Assembly: GCA_047495785.1 (NCBI GenBank)
Contig: JBLDXI010000004.1
Coordinates: forward strand, 434,001-498,000
DNA length: 64,000 nt
From: Lepidodermella squamata
Taxonomy: Eukaryota; Animalia; Gastrotricha
Direction of reading: 5' to 3'
The notes under the pieces were generated by a model. That model searched no databases. It saw only the letters and a program-made list of their open reading frames with translations, and was not told where the DNA came from. The position numbers and the translations under genes are program-made. Each line of letters opens with the position of its first letter. The first letter of the stretch is position 1. Shown piece after piece: positions 47,030-60,213 of the stretch.

Positions 47030-49922
47030 ACCGTAGACTTTGCATAATTGCACGTTGCAAGGCCGATCAACCAGCTCAAGCAAGCGACCCCGATTCCATG
47101 GTCGCCGAAGCTGCGCACAGCCTAGGCTGATTCACGCTCGGCTTGCCGGCCTGCCATGGCGGAATGCCAGCATAGGGCGTGCCATCGCCCCACAGCCACG
47201 TGCCATTGTTAGCTTTCCAAAGATCAACGTAAGCCTCGGTGATGGCATACCTCAACATCGCAGATTGAGCCGCTTGAAAATCTGCCTCGTTTTTGATTCG
47301 TGCCAACCGCCAACTTGCGCCAACTTCACACTTCCTTGTAGAGGAACAGACCACAGGCGCTTTGATATGTTTACTACAACTGTCCCTCGCTGGAGTTTGT
47401 AAGCTTTTAGAGTCCTTGGGAAGCCATAGTTGTGTCGACTGGAATAACTGTGATGGACAAAAAGGAAATTAGGCAACATTAGCAATCGAGAGGTCCAGGC
47501 AAGAAAACCCGAAAAACTGCAAATGGAAAAGGGAACCTTTGATCTAACATTTTCGGGGATCCTACTCTCACTGATAGCGGCGAAAAGTGAAGTTTCAGGA
47601 TTCTTTAAGACTTGGAGACGGTTCCCAGCTGGGACCTTTGCTAGGTTGAAAAATAATCCCACATTTGTAATACTCACCTTTTTTGGGGTTACGAAGGTCT
47701 CACAAAGTGCCCGAGAACCGGTGCTGTTGAGGGCAGGTGCGAGGCGAGCAAGTGCTTTGTCTTCTCGATCATCAATCACATACAACCCCTCTGGCAGATA
47801 ATAAGGAGCGATTCGCGGCAAGCCATCGATGTAGCTAGATCCATCGTGCCATTTGAAAACGCCATTCAGCCGGATGAGGCCGATGACGGCCTTTTCAACG
47901 GGATAAGTAAGATAGGACCTCAGAGTCTTCAATTCGACTGATGTCCTCACAGTCGCCAGCATTCCGTTGTTATCGATGCATTGCTGTTTGAAGCCCTCTA
48001 AAGATTGACTTCCAGCGACTAAGAAGAATTCCTTAGTGGCATTCCGGCAGCTGCCAGCGTTCGAGTATGCGCAATTTGGCGGGATTTGCTGTTCCTTGGC
48101 AGATTCACAGCCCGTTGCATTCGACACGCAACGAACCGAAGCATCAACATTCGCCACACAACGGAAAAATCCAGGCTATAAAATAAAAAATAAATAGAGT
48201 TTTCGAGTTTTCAAAACGCCGTAAAGTCGATTTTTGAGGTAATTCTGATTCCGATTCATTTGCAAATTTCGGCGATAGGTATTTTTGTATAATTTATACA
48301 CGAATATAGGCGGAAAATTTAAGATCCTCCTTATCATACTTGAATGGGGTTCTCAATTTATTATTTTGATAAACCCTTCAAATCAAATATTATCAAAATA
48401 AAAAATACTTACAGTGATATCCTCGATACAGCTTTCGTGATTACGTTGAAAAGTCTGATCGCTAGAATATATTTTGGCCTGTAATGTGAAAATTAACAGT
48501 ATAAATACACCTTTTTATCTCAACTTGAGCTTCAATTTCACCTCCGTCAAGATTTGTGGGCAAATGCCGTGACAGGACTTGGTTCCCGAACCATCCAAGC
48601 ACTGAACTGCGTTCTGTGGAAATGGCGGAATGAAAAATCGCTGTAAAATAGATAGGGATAAAAATACCCCAAATTGGCAGTTGTAAAAGTTGCTGTAGAC
48701 GTTTTTTGAAAATTGTTGAGTCTCATTGTTGGCGAAGCAGCCATGTCCTTGTGGTCGGCAGGTGGTAAACTGAAGTGTTGTAGCATCAAAGCAGCGAATG
48801 TGCGGTCTCTCGCTAACAGGAACAACAACTGATATTGAGATTGAAGATTGAATATTGGCAACAATTTTGTAGGTGAATAAACCTTACCTGATCCGTTGAT
48901 ACAAGAGCTTAGGTTCTGATACAGAAGCTTTTCCGTAGTCTGTGAAAATAAAGCATTCAAAATGTATTGGATTAGTTATTTTTTTTGCTATCAGCTGAAA
49001 GTTTGTAGTAAAAGCTGATAACCCATTCCATCGTTGACAAAGCAGATTTACCCAGCTTTTTGGACAGGTGTATGGATAGGGAACGCAGGTTTTAGTTTCG
49101 CTTCCTGACGCACAGCGCTGAAATAGCAGATTCTGGTTCGAAGTTGGTAGAAAAACGTCACGATCAATCAGCGGTTTAATTGAAAGCGTCTTACCTTGAA
49201 TTCATCTTTCTTGCGTTCGCATTCGTTGGACGAGTTTTTGAAGGTCGTGTTTGCGAACAAAAAGAGCTGATAAACAGATTAGAAAAATGATACTTTAATA
49301 TGTCAAGGTCCTCCTTTTACTGCTTACTGGAACCAAATTTACAGTTTACAGTTAGCGAAAACTAATTTTAGAAATGGTCACGGGCCTGAAAGCATTTTCA
49401 AAGGTGCGATGGCTGGCGAATATAATTATTCAAGCCTATTCGATAATTATTTATATTATTCGAGTATTTAATCCAGAAATAAACTGTTACCAATTTGTCG
49501 AATTTTACCAAAACAACCTTACGTTCATTTCGAACACCAGATCGCAGCCAATATTTCCTGGGACGCATCGAGGCGTGATGGCATCGTATTTGTAGCACAT
49601 TTGGTAACTCTACTTGTAGATTTATTATTTTCAATTCAACAAATAAATCCAACAATTCTCACGCCTTGGTTGCAGACGCTATGACTGGGGTAGACAGTGA
49701 ATTCCTGAAAATTAGCATTATCAGTGCATAACATAAATTGAATTTTCTGAGAAGTACTTGATATTCGATGAGAGGATCGCATCGCACCGTAGCATCAACG
49801 CAGGACTTGAAGCGGTTGTTCAGCTGCGAGTAACACCTAAGTTGCGGGACAGCAGCAACAGCTGCCAGGTCCAGCAGCGCCAGCAGCAGAAAAGACAGTC
49901 CACGCCAAGAAAGGTTCGCCAT
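47030..49922 (-). CDS. Cys-module + C-type lectin secreted protein, copy D (6 modules + 2 CTLDs, second CTLD disrupted)
   Basis: Signal peptide MANLSWRGLSFLLLALLDLAAVAA; LRCYSQLNNRFKSC, QMCYKYDAITPRCVPGNIGC, FQRCASGSETKTCVPYPYTC, HIRCFDATTLQFTTCRPQGHGC, FRCVANVDASVRCVSNATGC; an extra GCTT at ~47078-47085 shifts the frame in CTLD2 relative to copy E. Confidence 0.8.
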
Positions 49923-50585
49923 AAAATAAAGCTCAATTCGTTATTCGAATGAAAGCATCAAATAGAAAAAAAATATTTAGCTCTGCGAATGGAGTAAAAT
50001 TGGAATGAAATGACGAAATTCGTCTATTAATTTTTCCGCTTTTAATTTTAGGGGTGAAGTAAGAGCGTTTTTGACTGGAAAAATTGTCCTGTAACCTCGA
50101 GAAAAAACGAATACAGAACGTGACCTGTTAAATACAATTGCGAATTGAAGAAAAAAGTGGTTTTTTTGTCTCATTAAGAAATCATTATTGCGCTTGGACA
50201 CGATGAGACAATTCGCTGTTCAAATTTTCAATCCATTTCCAGTCCATTAAGTCCATTAAGGACAAAAATCGAAGCTGTGACAATTGATGAATCTGAACTA
50301 GAAAACAGACAATAGAGAAATTCAGTGAAATTCAGTGAAGTTCGGGCTAGTGAAGCATTATTGGCCGAAATGAGTCACGTCCCGCTTTTTGTTCCAGTTC
50401 AATAGACATAGACAATCCGAGTGAAAACAATAACACTGCTCATCAATTATTTTTTCATGGCTCGTGCTTGTTCAAACCAAACAGGCAATTTGCATCATTT
50501 CAATTTTTATTCATTTGCCGCGCTGTATTTTTTCCAACTCCTTGAATTTGGGCTATTAGTTTTCATTTGCTGGCTGCAAAAATCG
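49923..50585. promoter_or_regulatory. Putative bidirectional promoter between divergent copies D and E
   Basis: 663 nt between head-to-head ATGs (49922 minus, 50586 plus); inferred from geometry only. Confidence 0.45.
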
Positions 50586-53500
50586 ATGGCTCGATATTAT
50601 TTTGCGCTGTTCCTTGTGTTAACTGTCACGCTGATCGAACTAGCAGCTGTAGATGCGGGCGCCGACGATCCGTTTGTTAGGTGTTATTCACGGCTGAACA
50701 ACCGATTCAAGCGTTGCGCCGACGCGCAGCAAGGCTGTGATCTACTCGTCGAATACGACGTTCGATTCTCGACTAACGATAATCCTTCTTTATTCAATAT
50801 CACTTTTATTCAGATTGACGAAGTTTACTACGGAGCTAAATTATGCCGTAACACAACAGCTGATTTCCCTGAAGGATTGGTAATACTCGCCATACTTTCT
50901 GTCGAAAGCAATCATACAATACCATTATGTAGAGTGTTCGAATGTGCTACAAATACAAGGATGTCACGCCGCGTTGCGTCCCTGGTAGACTCGGATGTGA
51001 TCTATCAAGCGAAATCAATGTGAGTAATTAATAAAACAACAATTCACTGTTCATTTTCATAACAAATCAAAAGCCTGTACCTGTATCTCAATATCCCTTC
51101 GCAAAGAAATTACCGTATTTGTTCCAATAATCGCCAAACCGTAATAGTAGCCCACGGTTGAGGGGTCAAGTCGGTTCGATTATACAAAAATGAGCGATTC
51201 GCCAAAAATCAATTTTCAAATTTTTCAAAATTTCGAGGTTGAAATGTTAGCAGCCCAAATATAGCATTCGCTCAAAAATGGTGTTAGTACCCATGCTCAT
51301 GCAATATTTTACGATATAGCACTCGTAATTCATATAATATAAAATGTAATTGACCTAATTCAGAAAGAATTCACTTATTGGCTCACAGGGCTTTTAAGTA
51401 ATTTCGAATATGCTAATTTTGATTGAATCGATAAATACTTTGTGAAATAGCTGAGGGAATTTCATATGTTATGTGTTAGATGTGTTAGTTGAAACATGTT
51501 AGATGTTTTGCGTATTTGTTATTTATGGCGGTCTGCCCACCAATTCTTCTCTCAAAAGCCCATTCTTACCCAAATTCCAAGAAAATTCTGACTTGGTCAT
51601 AGATCCTAGATCCAGATTCATTTCCTGTTTTTTCCAGAGTTTCCTGTTTGTAAATGGATCATTTGAACGTTCTTTTGAACTATGCGAGCAAAAGAAAGAC
51701 GAATTTGCGGTAAGACTTATAACGCGTTATACGTCATAATTGTATAATGACTCTTGTTTCTTTTGATTAGAATTTGGAATTCCGGCGGTGCATAATTCCG
51801 CCGAAAAAAGCAATCATAACTTGCGTGCCTGATCCATTTACCTGTCCAGAGCCCTATGTATAATGATTGTCTCTTACATTTTAAATTGATTCGAATATTT
51901 TTCAACTTTTTAGGTCACAGAGAAATTTATATATTCTAACCTGAGTTTATGCACCAACGGATCACGTAAGAATCCCTTTTCAATCATGAGACTTGGTTAT
52001 TATTCCGAATTCCTAACAAATATTGAACAGTTGCGGGGTTTTTTCGATTGACATTGAATTGACTGAAATAGAGTGCCTTTGGTCTCGGAATTTTGTTCAA
52101 ATTTAAGGATTCTCCTGTCTGAGGGCTAGGGCTCAATTACATGCTAAATCACATGTCCTTGATCTCTATATGTTGTTCTCGAGCGAAATCTATTCTCATA
52201 GCTAATATACTTTCAAACAAATCTTCATGATGCTTTCATACACTTTTAAAGTTCGCGTTCCGGCGAGCGAGAAACCTCACATTCGCTGTTTCGATACCAG
52301 AACACTTCAGTACACCGCCTGCCGACCACAAGCAAGTGGCTGTAAGGCTAACAATGAGACTCGACAGTTTTCGATCAATGTCTACAGCAACCTTTACAAC
52401 TGCAAACATGGGGTAGAGTCCTAGTATAATTTTGTAGCTGTGATGTTAATCTCAACCCTTAACAGTATGCTGTTCAATGCGTTGATGCTTTCGGTAGCCA
52501 ATATTGTCACGCCGTTTGCCCACAAAATTCCACACAGGTAAAGTCGCAGCTCAAATACAATATTACATCGTATAGCTGTTTCAACGCGGAAGGTCAAAAT
52601 CTACATCGACGATGAGTACTTCGAATTCAATCATGACACCTGCATCAAAGATATAGCTGTGAGTTGCCATTTTCGAATGCGATTTGTTGTTAATAAACTA
52701 TGATTGAACCCATAGAACATAGATAACCTTTACCTATTTGCAGGGCTTCCATTGATTATTGCTTAATTTTCATGATTTAGCCTGCCCTTCTCCGTTGTGT
52801 GGCGAATTATGATGATGCCGTTCGATGCGTGTCGAATGCAACGGGCTGTGATGCTGACAAGGAGCGCACTATTCCGGCGTTCACCTATCCTGACGCGGAT
52901 AGCTGCGAGAAAGCAGCTAAGGGATACCTTCTAATAGGTAGCCCTAATTCAATTGAAGAGTATCAACAACAATGCGCCGATAACAATGCGATGGTGGCGA
53001 GTGTTAGATCCTCATCCGAATTGGAGTCTTTGAGGTCTTTCCTGGGAGAACCATGTACTCGTGCTACTTTCGGTCTTATGCGATCGCTTGGTAGTTTCAG
53101 CTGGCTCGATGGGGTTGTATATACCGATGGTTTGCCGCCATTATCTTCGTATTATATGCGGGATGGTATTTATTTTATGGATGACAGCAGCGGATATGCT
53201 AGGATTTTAGACAGCAGTCTCAATAAGTTTTATCTGCCAGCACTATGTGAAACTTTCTTTCCATTCAAGAAGGTATGGTCAGTTTTAGCATGTCTTCTAT
53301 CATCTTAGTTCCTAATTTAAATGGATTGGAAAATTCTGTAACCTCTGAAGATTCGTTGACCCTTTTGACCTAAATTTATATGTATCAGGTATTTCCAGAT
53401 AACGGAATTTACTTATGAAATAGAGATAAAATGTGAATATTTAGTGCGATCATTGATAAAATTCGGTAAATTTTGAAACCCTAGATCATAGATCACAGAA

Positions 53501-54195
53501 CCTACCTTGAATAGTAACATGGGCGTATGGGTTGCGTGTCGCGTTGATTAAGGCCTCTTCGACGTCCTAGTGCTCTCATAAATAGGAACAGAAATTTGGC
53601 GAATTTCGATCATAAGCGAAATATTGTATACAAAGCTAGAGATGGCACTTACTTTTATTCCACCGATGAATCTTTATTCGAGAATCGGAGACCCGATTCA
53701 CCATTAGCCATAATTTCTTTATTTCTGATATCACAGACTTTCATGACTACTGCGCTGATTTCGAACCCAGCAGACTTGCCAGGTTCATTTAGAGCCAATT
53801 GTCCAAACCATCTCAAGCCGCTTACTGATGAAAGTGGCGGTATGTGGTATTTGGCAAGAATTAAAAGCGAGGCAGAGCGACGAGCGGCTCAAGCTGTCAT
53901 GTTTCGCCTTGACATCATGCAGGCTAACGTTGATCTGTGGACATTGAACGGCACGTGGCTGTGGGGTGATGGCACACCGTATGCTGGTATTCCGCCGTGG
54001 CAGTCGGGTAGGCCTAGGCGAAATCAAGTGGGCCTTTGCGGTGCTGACGTGACACGCGAATCGGGGTGCCTTGAGCTGGTCGACCGAGCATGCACCGCTA
54101 CATCAGCCGGCTCGGACAAGGCTCTTTGCGAGTGGCGCTGGCAGACTGAACAATATGATTTCGCTCCATCTATGAAATACTATGAAAATGTTTGA
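50586..54195 (+). CDS. Cys-module + C-type lectin secreted protein, copy E (6 modules + 2 CTLDs)
   Basis: Signal peptide MARYYFALFLVLTVTLIELAAVDA; VRCYSRLNNRFKRC, RMCYKYKDVTPRCVPGRLGC, FRRCIIPPKKAIITCVPDPFTC, HIRCFDTRTLQYTACRPQASGC, VQCVDAFGSQYCHAVC, LRCVANYDDAVRCVSNATGC; CTLD1 ..ALCETF, CTLD2 ..WLWGDGT..KALCEW. Confidence 0.85.
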
Positions 54196-55168
54196 GCTAT
54201 AATTTGCCGTGAACGTCTGCGAGACAGCGAGAAGAATTCGAGCTGGATGCGTATGCCTCAAGTTTTGAATTATGAAAATAGTTGAAAGTATGAAAGACAA
54301 AGTAGATGAAGCTATAAAATGTTAATGCCGAAGAAACACTCTCTTGAAATCGAATAAAAAAACGAATTATTTAACGATTTAGTATTGGTGCTTCGCGAAA
54401 ACCGGAAACCGGTGCGTTACCTGGCCGAAATCAAAAGAGCCCAAGGCGGGTCTCTAGTTCCTTCGTTTCCGAATCCTCATTCAGCCGTTAACAATCAATA
54501 TCTATTAGAAATATTCAAACCTGCTAGATGTTAGAGAAAACTCCTAAATCTTATCATATTCATCACAATTATGCAATCTATTTTCACAATCTATTTGTGC
54601 TTCTGCATTCTCTCAGCTATTACTCAAACTGATCGCATTCGTTTTGCTTCACAATAAATTACGCAGAATTATTGCAAAATAAACTATTTAAATATGCAAT
54701 AATTTGTTTCTTTTTTTATCTTCAAAAGCTCACACGACGCAATGCCAATCAATGTTGCCAATCAATGCCATTCTTGCCCTGAATTTATCAGTGAAGTCAA
54801 CACATGGGTACGGAGGGTAGTTCCGGGCGAGAAGCCCCCAAAAAACGGGACCCTTTGGTTTGATTTATTCGGAAACCTCGAGGATATCGTGCTTCATCCA
54901 CTGTAGCTTCGACGTTGGTGAACGGCTCAACAGTTGCCTGACCTAACCTTTCTCGCCAACAAAACATGAAATGAGTTATATCCCAAAACAATTTTGCTCT
55001 TGTATTGTCCATTGTCAAAACCAGGTCGAAGTGGTGAATGAATTGTGACGAAAACGCGGCTTTGTTTTTTGTCCGAACCCAATTTTTGTCCGATTCTCGA
55101 TACGTCATCGCGTGGATGACGTGAATTTGTTCATTCGGACAATTTAAAATTTGATGATCGGCCGATGT

Positions 55169-58100
55169 CGTTCGTGTTGCGACGTAAGGGACCGCCAGTA
55201 CTAGCGCATATTTCTATATATCATTATACGGCTATATTGCGGCTGTTTACAACTGTGGAGCGGTTGCATCCCAAATTACTATCTTCGGTTCAAGGGCTAT
55301 AAAATTGCCATTAGCTGCGATTGCTATCGTGCGTTCTTGGACTCTTGAAGAGAAAAGAGAAATTCAGCTTTTTCGCCTATCCTTCCTATAATTCTTCAAA
55401 GTTTTCTCGCGTTCTTCGGGAATTCTTCGATTGCAGGTTTAACAGGTAGCAAAAACGAGCTGCCGTGCGACCAATGAAAAACTATTATTATCCGTGACTC
55501 GGTGCCGTAAATCTTTATTTTCAATGCCGCGAAATATTTGAAAATGAACAAAGGAAATGAAACTAAGAGAACAATCCATCACACTTTGTTTAACAGAGAT
55601 GGCGATAACAGGTTGAAGATATCGAAAGAGCCAGCACTCTGCAATAGTATAGTAGCGACCTTACGCCGCAATTTTCCATTTCCGATTCCCAATCAATATT
55701 CAATATCCAATCTTTATCCAATCAGCTATAACTTAAGTGCCGAATTCGAGTAAAAGTTGAAGTATAGTAATCCTAATCAACAATGCAGAATTTAAAATTT
55801 AATACAGCAGCCAATAGGATGTACTTTACTACTTTAATAGCTGCGAGAGATATTGCAATAAGATTTTAATGAATTATTATTACGTATTTTAGAAACGAGC
55901 CATTCTAAACTAAAAGCTCCTCCGATTTCTACGAAAAAGTATAGAAGGATATTCATGCACATGGAGGATTATTGAAAGTAGATCTCGCCCCTGGAAGTTT
56001 TGGCGGATAAATCTTTGAATTAGGAAACAAGAGGTCTTCAAAGTTTTCTGAAAGTGTAGCACTTAAAACCGAAATGAACTAACAATTTTCAAGAATCGAT
56101 GAACACTCCATTGGTTAACTAATTAACTAACTAACGATAACTAAATTCATAAGCCACAGAAATGGGAGCGTTAGCGTCGTTGAATAACTCTGATTTGGGC
56201 ATGTTTACGTCAGTGACAAATAAAAGGTGATAGCAGAGTTTTTATGTGAACGAAGACGGAAGCAAACTTGTCACCCGTCAACTGTCTGTAACTGACGTGA
56301 ACAAGCCCTATTCCGAGTTGTATTCACCGACGCTAACGACTACGGTACGACTACGGACTACGGCGCAGTGATGGCGGTTCATTCTGCTTTGACTGCTTTG
56401 TTTAGCTTTTTCTTCCATCTAAAAACAAAGAATGTCTATATCTATTGGATACCAATTAAGCGTTAAATTTCAATACCTAGAGCAGATCAGATTTGTCTCT
56501 AAAAAGCTGCGCTTTGATTTAGGATTTAGCCTTGACAAGCAGAACAAACCGCTCCATTGCTCCAGAAATCTACCCGTAAACCGTTCTCATCATGAAAAGC
56601 GCGCCACTTATTTGCCTTCAATTACTCTAAAACCCTGAAACAGTGTGGTCCACGGCCGGAAACTGGCGAGTCACCAACTGGAGTCAAAATTGGGCCAAAG
56701 ATATTTCTTCGACTTTTTGGACTTTTTGGATGAGTGTGGAGTCAAAGCATCTCATTTTGGAGTCAAACTCAGAGCCGGAGTCAAGTTTAGCTAGGTTTTT
56801 TGTGACTCTTTCCGGAGTCAAGCTCGGCTTAGTAATAATCGGAGTCACACATGAGTAAAAAATAATCCCAAAAGAGTCAAAATGGCTTGTGGGAGTCACA
56901 CTTTGGACCACACTGCCCTGAAAGTCATTCTGCATTCTCGCCATTAGATTGAAGTGTCGTAAGCATTCCTGATTGACCTAATTATAGTTGAGATCAATTG
57001 ATCAAATGATCAAATGATCAAGTGGATGCGCATTGTAAATTACACTTCTGTGCATGATTGCTTTCTTTGATAACTATTAGTCGGTGGCATTTTGCTCTTT
57101 GGCCTTCGGTTCAACACCATCAGACTAAATGTGACGTACTATTTCATTAAGAAGTCCGCGCAAAAATCGTGAAACCCAAACTTAAATGGTGGGTCACGTT
57201 TTGCCATATCATGCCAAGCGAGTTGCATGTCAAGCATTTCTCGAATATACGGCGTTGCTAATTGCTAATCATCAATCATCGCTAAATCGCTAACCAGATC
57301 ACATTACCAAGACAATCCGCTATCTTTCTTAGGATGCAGGGATAAAAGTCATCCTAGCAATTCTTGAATGCTACCAACTTCGTAAACTTTGGGTGATTCT
57401 ACAATTGACCTCATGTGGCTGCGAATCTACTTCAGCGATTCCGCGAGCCTCGCGCAAGGTTGTAGTTCAGTTTGTCGCAACAGCTCAACTGCTTATATTT
57501 GATAAAACAAGAAATGCGATTAGAAAAATACTTGATCGCTTTTTCATGCAATAAAATTTAAGAAGTATATCGAAATGCCTGCGAGCTGCGATGGAGAATG
57601 GAGAAGGATAACCACAAAATAGTTTATAACTAATAGCGTTATAAGTGCTCTCTTGGCATTTTCATGATAGTAGAAAAATTGGCTCATAGTCCATAATTCC
57701 GTAATATGCATTTTTCGTGATGATAACTGCATGGGTCGCATAAAATTATGCTCCGGGAATGCGAAACTAAAAAGTATGCCCATTCGAACGCAGACTCTGG
57801 TCATGTTTGAACAATAAGTGGTGATAGTCATGGTTCAACGTCACTATACAGAGAGAGTGAGAGAGAGAGAGAGAGAGAGAGACAGAGACTTTACCCATAT
57901 GAGTTTACCCTATGGATATTGATAAATTGATAGAATTGAATAATAAAAATTATATAATTATATAATTATATAATTATAATTATAAAATTGATAGAATTAT
58001 CCAAGACTACGCTCGAAGGGAACGAAGGTGAAATCAAGAAGAGGAGGATAAATTTGGTTGATCTTAAGAATTTAGCCATGATAACGGAGAAATTGCCTGA

Positions 58101-58276
58101 AGCGTTTGTGCGTAGTACGCATTCTGGTAGGCGTTGCAACCGTTCGGTATGGGATGCGCCGCAATAATGATGCTATTACCGGCAAATAAAAAGTAGCTTA
58201 TACCAGTACCAAGTATTTTATTACAAACAGCATGGAAGTACTGCCTAACGCGGTCTCTTACGTCGCAACACGAACG
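55169..58276. mobile_element. 3.1-kb non-autonomous TIR DNA transposon with 4-bp TSD, copy 1
   Basis: TIR CGTTCGTGTTGCGACGTAAG / CTTACGTCGCAACACGAACG; ATGT at 55165-55168 and 58277-58280; no transposase ORF recognised. Confidence 0.85.
56641..56915. mobile_element. hAT-type MITE with GAGTCA arrays, nested in the 3.1-kb element
   Basis: TIR CAGTGTGGTCCA / TGGACCACACTG; TSD CCCTGAAA at 56633-56640 and 56916-56923. Confidence 0.88.
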
Positions 58277-58310
58277 ATGTTTGGCATGCAAACATTTAAA
58301 ATCCCAGATC

Positions 58311-59450
58311 ATGGCCCTATTTATTCGGAATTTATTTATGTTTCTAACTGCTGTGGCGGCTACGAGTGCCAAATACAAACGCTGCTTCTCACGCTTGAAT
58401 GATTCATTTACTGGCTGCAAAACGAACTGCTCATTTCTTGATGAAGTTCAAGCAAGTTGAGGATGTGGGGATTGGTTCAAGTTGATCATTTCGTAATTTT
58501 TTCTAGCGTGGCTACTCTCTGCCATCTCTTGAATACTGCTCAGCTGGGATGCGTTGAAAAAAGGTTCCAATAGCGATTAATTTTTGCTTTTGCTCGAAGC
58601 TGCTTCGACTTCAAAACGATTAACATGCGGTGTATCCCACGCTGCCTTGGATGTGATAAAACCGATGAAGTCATGGTTTTAGAGCGCAATCAAGAACTTT
58701 CTGGTAAGCCATGGTCACTGTTTCAATACCTGTATCGATGAATCACTCTATGAGCAGAATATCGAAGCAAAGCTGTGCAGCAGCAATTGCCAGAGGAAAT
58801 GCGTTCCGAATGACGGCAATTGTCCCAACAACGGGGTTAGTGCTTCGATGAATTTGCTGGGAGACGCTAAACTTGTTTCTGTTCGAACCGCAGACTCTGG
58901 TTGCGCGCCGACCAACGACACTATCATGCTTGAACGAGCAAAACAGTTGGTTTGATTTGTGTCTTCGGTTATTTTTGATTATTTCTGTTTTTTTTTCTCA
59001 AATAGTTACCCGAAAAGACGCTGATTTCGTTCCGTCCTTCGATGTTTCGTTCAAAGAGACCGGTCCTTTTCGGCGGTAATCTACTCCTTGTAATACAACC
59101 TACCTAACACAAGTTTGATTATAGCAATACATCATTCGTTTGTCATTCAATGCGTCATTTTTCAGTCTTACAGTTGAGGTACTAACATTGACAGAAACCT
59201 CTGCCTCTCAGGAGTACGTAATTTTGCCGATTTTCCGTTAATAAGTTAGACTTACGAGTCTAAATTTTCAGCCTGCTGGACTTTGTGCAACTGATTCGGG
59301 CCCGGTTTGCCGCAATACATGCCCGGTTCCGATGACCGTTGTAAGTATTAGCGGGCAATATAAATAATTTTTGGAATAATATGTTATCAACGTTTAGATC
59401 GACATTTAGACTTCGCCGGGAACTACGCTAACTGCATGAAATCACTGGTA
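58311..59450 (+). pseudogene. Diverged Cys-module gene copy F, not represented in the ORF track; probably decaying
   Basis: MALFIRNLFMFLTAVAATSAKYKRCFSRLNDSFTGCKTNC, FARSCFDFKTINMRCIPRCLGC, KLCSSNCQRKCVPNDGNC, LRCFVQRDRSF, NIDRNLCLSG, GLCATDSGPVCRNTCP, NYANCMKSL in the same order as modules 1-5; apparent stops and a missing donor site; no CTLD seen. Confidence 0.7.
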
Positions 59451-60213
59451 ATCGCCTTGGCTTGGTTTAAGGTCCTATAGTGACGAAAACAGAGTCGAGA
59501 ACCTTATCGCAGTCCTTCACTGGTATTAGTGATATACTGCTTTAAAAATTGAAAACTGAGAGGCTTGGTGTCTGAACTAGTCGAATCCAAAACATATTCG
59601 GTCAAAGTTCTCCCTCTATGACTTTATAAACACTCTTCGAACAGGCAGGAAAAGTTAATCTTCTTGTTTTTTATTTCCGAGCCCCACAAAATGTGCGTCG
59701 ATGGAACTTCGTTCGAACTGGTCAAATGCGTTCTTGTATCAAGTTCCGAATTGAAAATTCTATAGCCGAAACAATTCTATTGCATTCTTTTTCTAAGCAT
59801 TTAGTTCGATTAGGAGGATGCTTTGGTAAGAAAAATATATTTGCTGTTTGAAAATTGCTTGCATAAACAGAAACTGATTGATTATCGATTATCGATTATC
59901 GATTTGCGCTTATCCAATTATCTCTATCAATTAACGGTTCGCATCATCTTGTTCAGCGTAAAAAGTTAGCGTACATTTCGTTTCCGGCTACTGAATTGAT
60001 TAATTAATTGGATTAATTGGATAAAAATTCACACATACCCCACCAACAATTAATTAGTAAAATAATCAGAATCATTATAATATTATCCTATCCTGTATGC
60101 AGAAAACACACGTACGAGTTATATATGTCTGATGCGCCAAAAGCCCACCCGTGGCCGGTGCTTAACTTTAATTTTTGGAAATAAAACATTGCTTGCTTGC
60201 TAATTGGATTATA

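Noticed and set aside
50421-50585. N-terminal extension of the 200-aa ORF at 50421
   Set aside because: GTG start; paralogs begin at the signal peptide matching the ATG at 50586, and the ORF reads through introns.
54571-54657. Signal-peptide-like mini-ORF MQSIFTIYLCFCILSAITQ
   Set aside because: Stops after 28 codons with no convincing donor site or downstream family exons.
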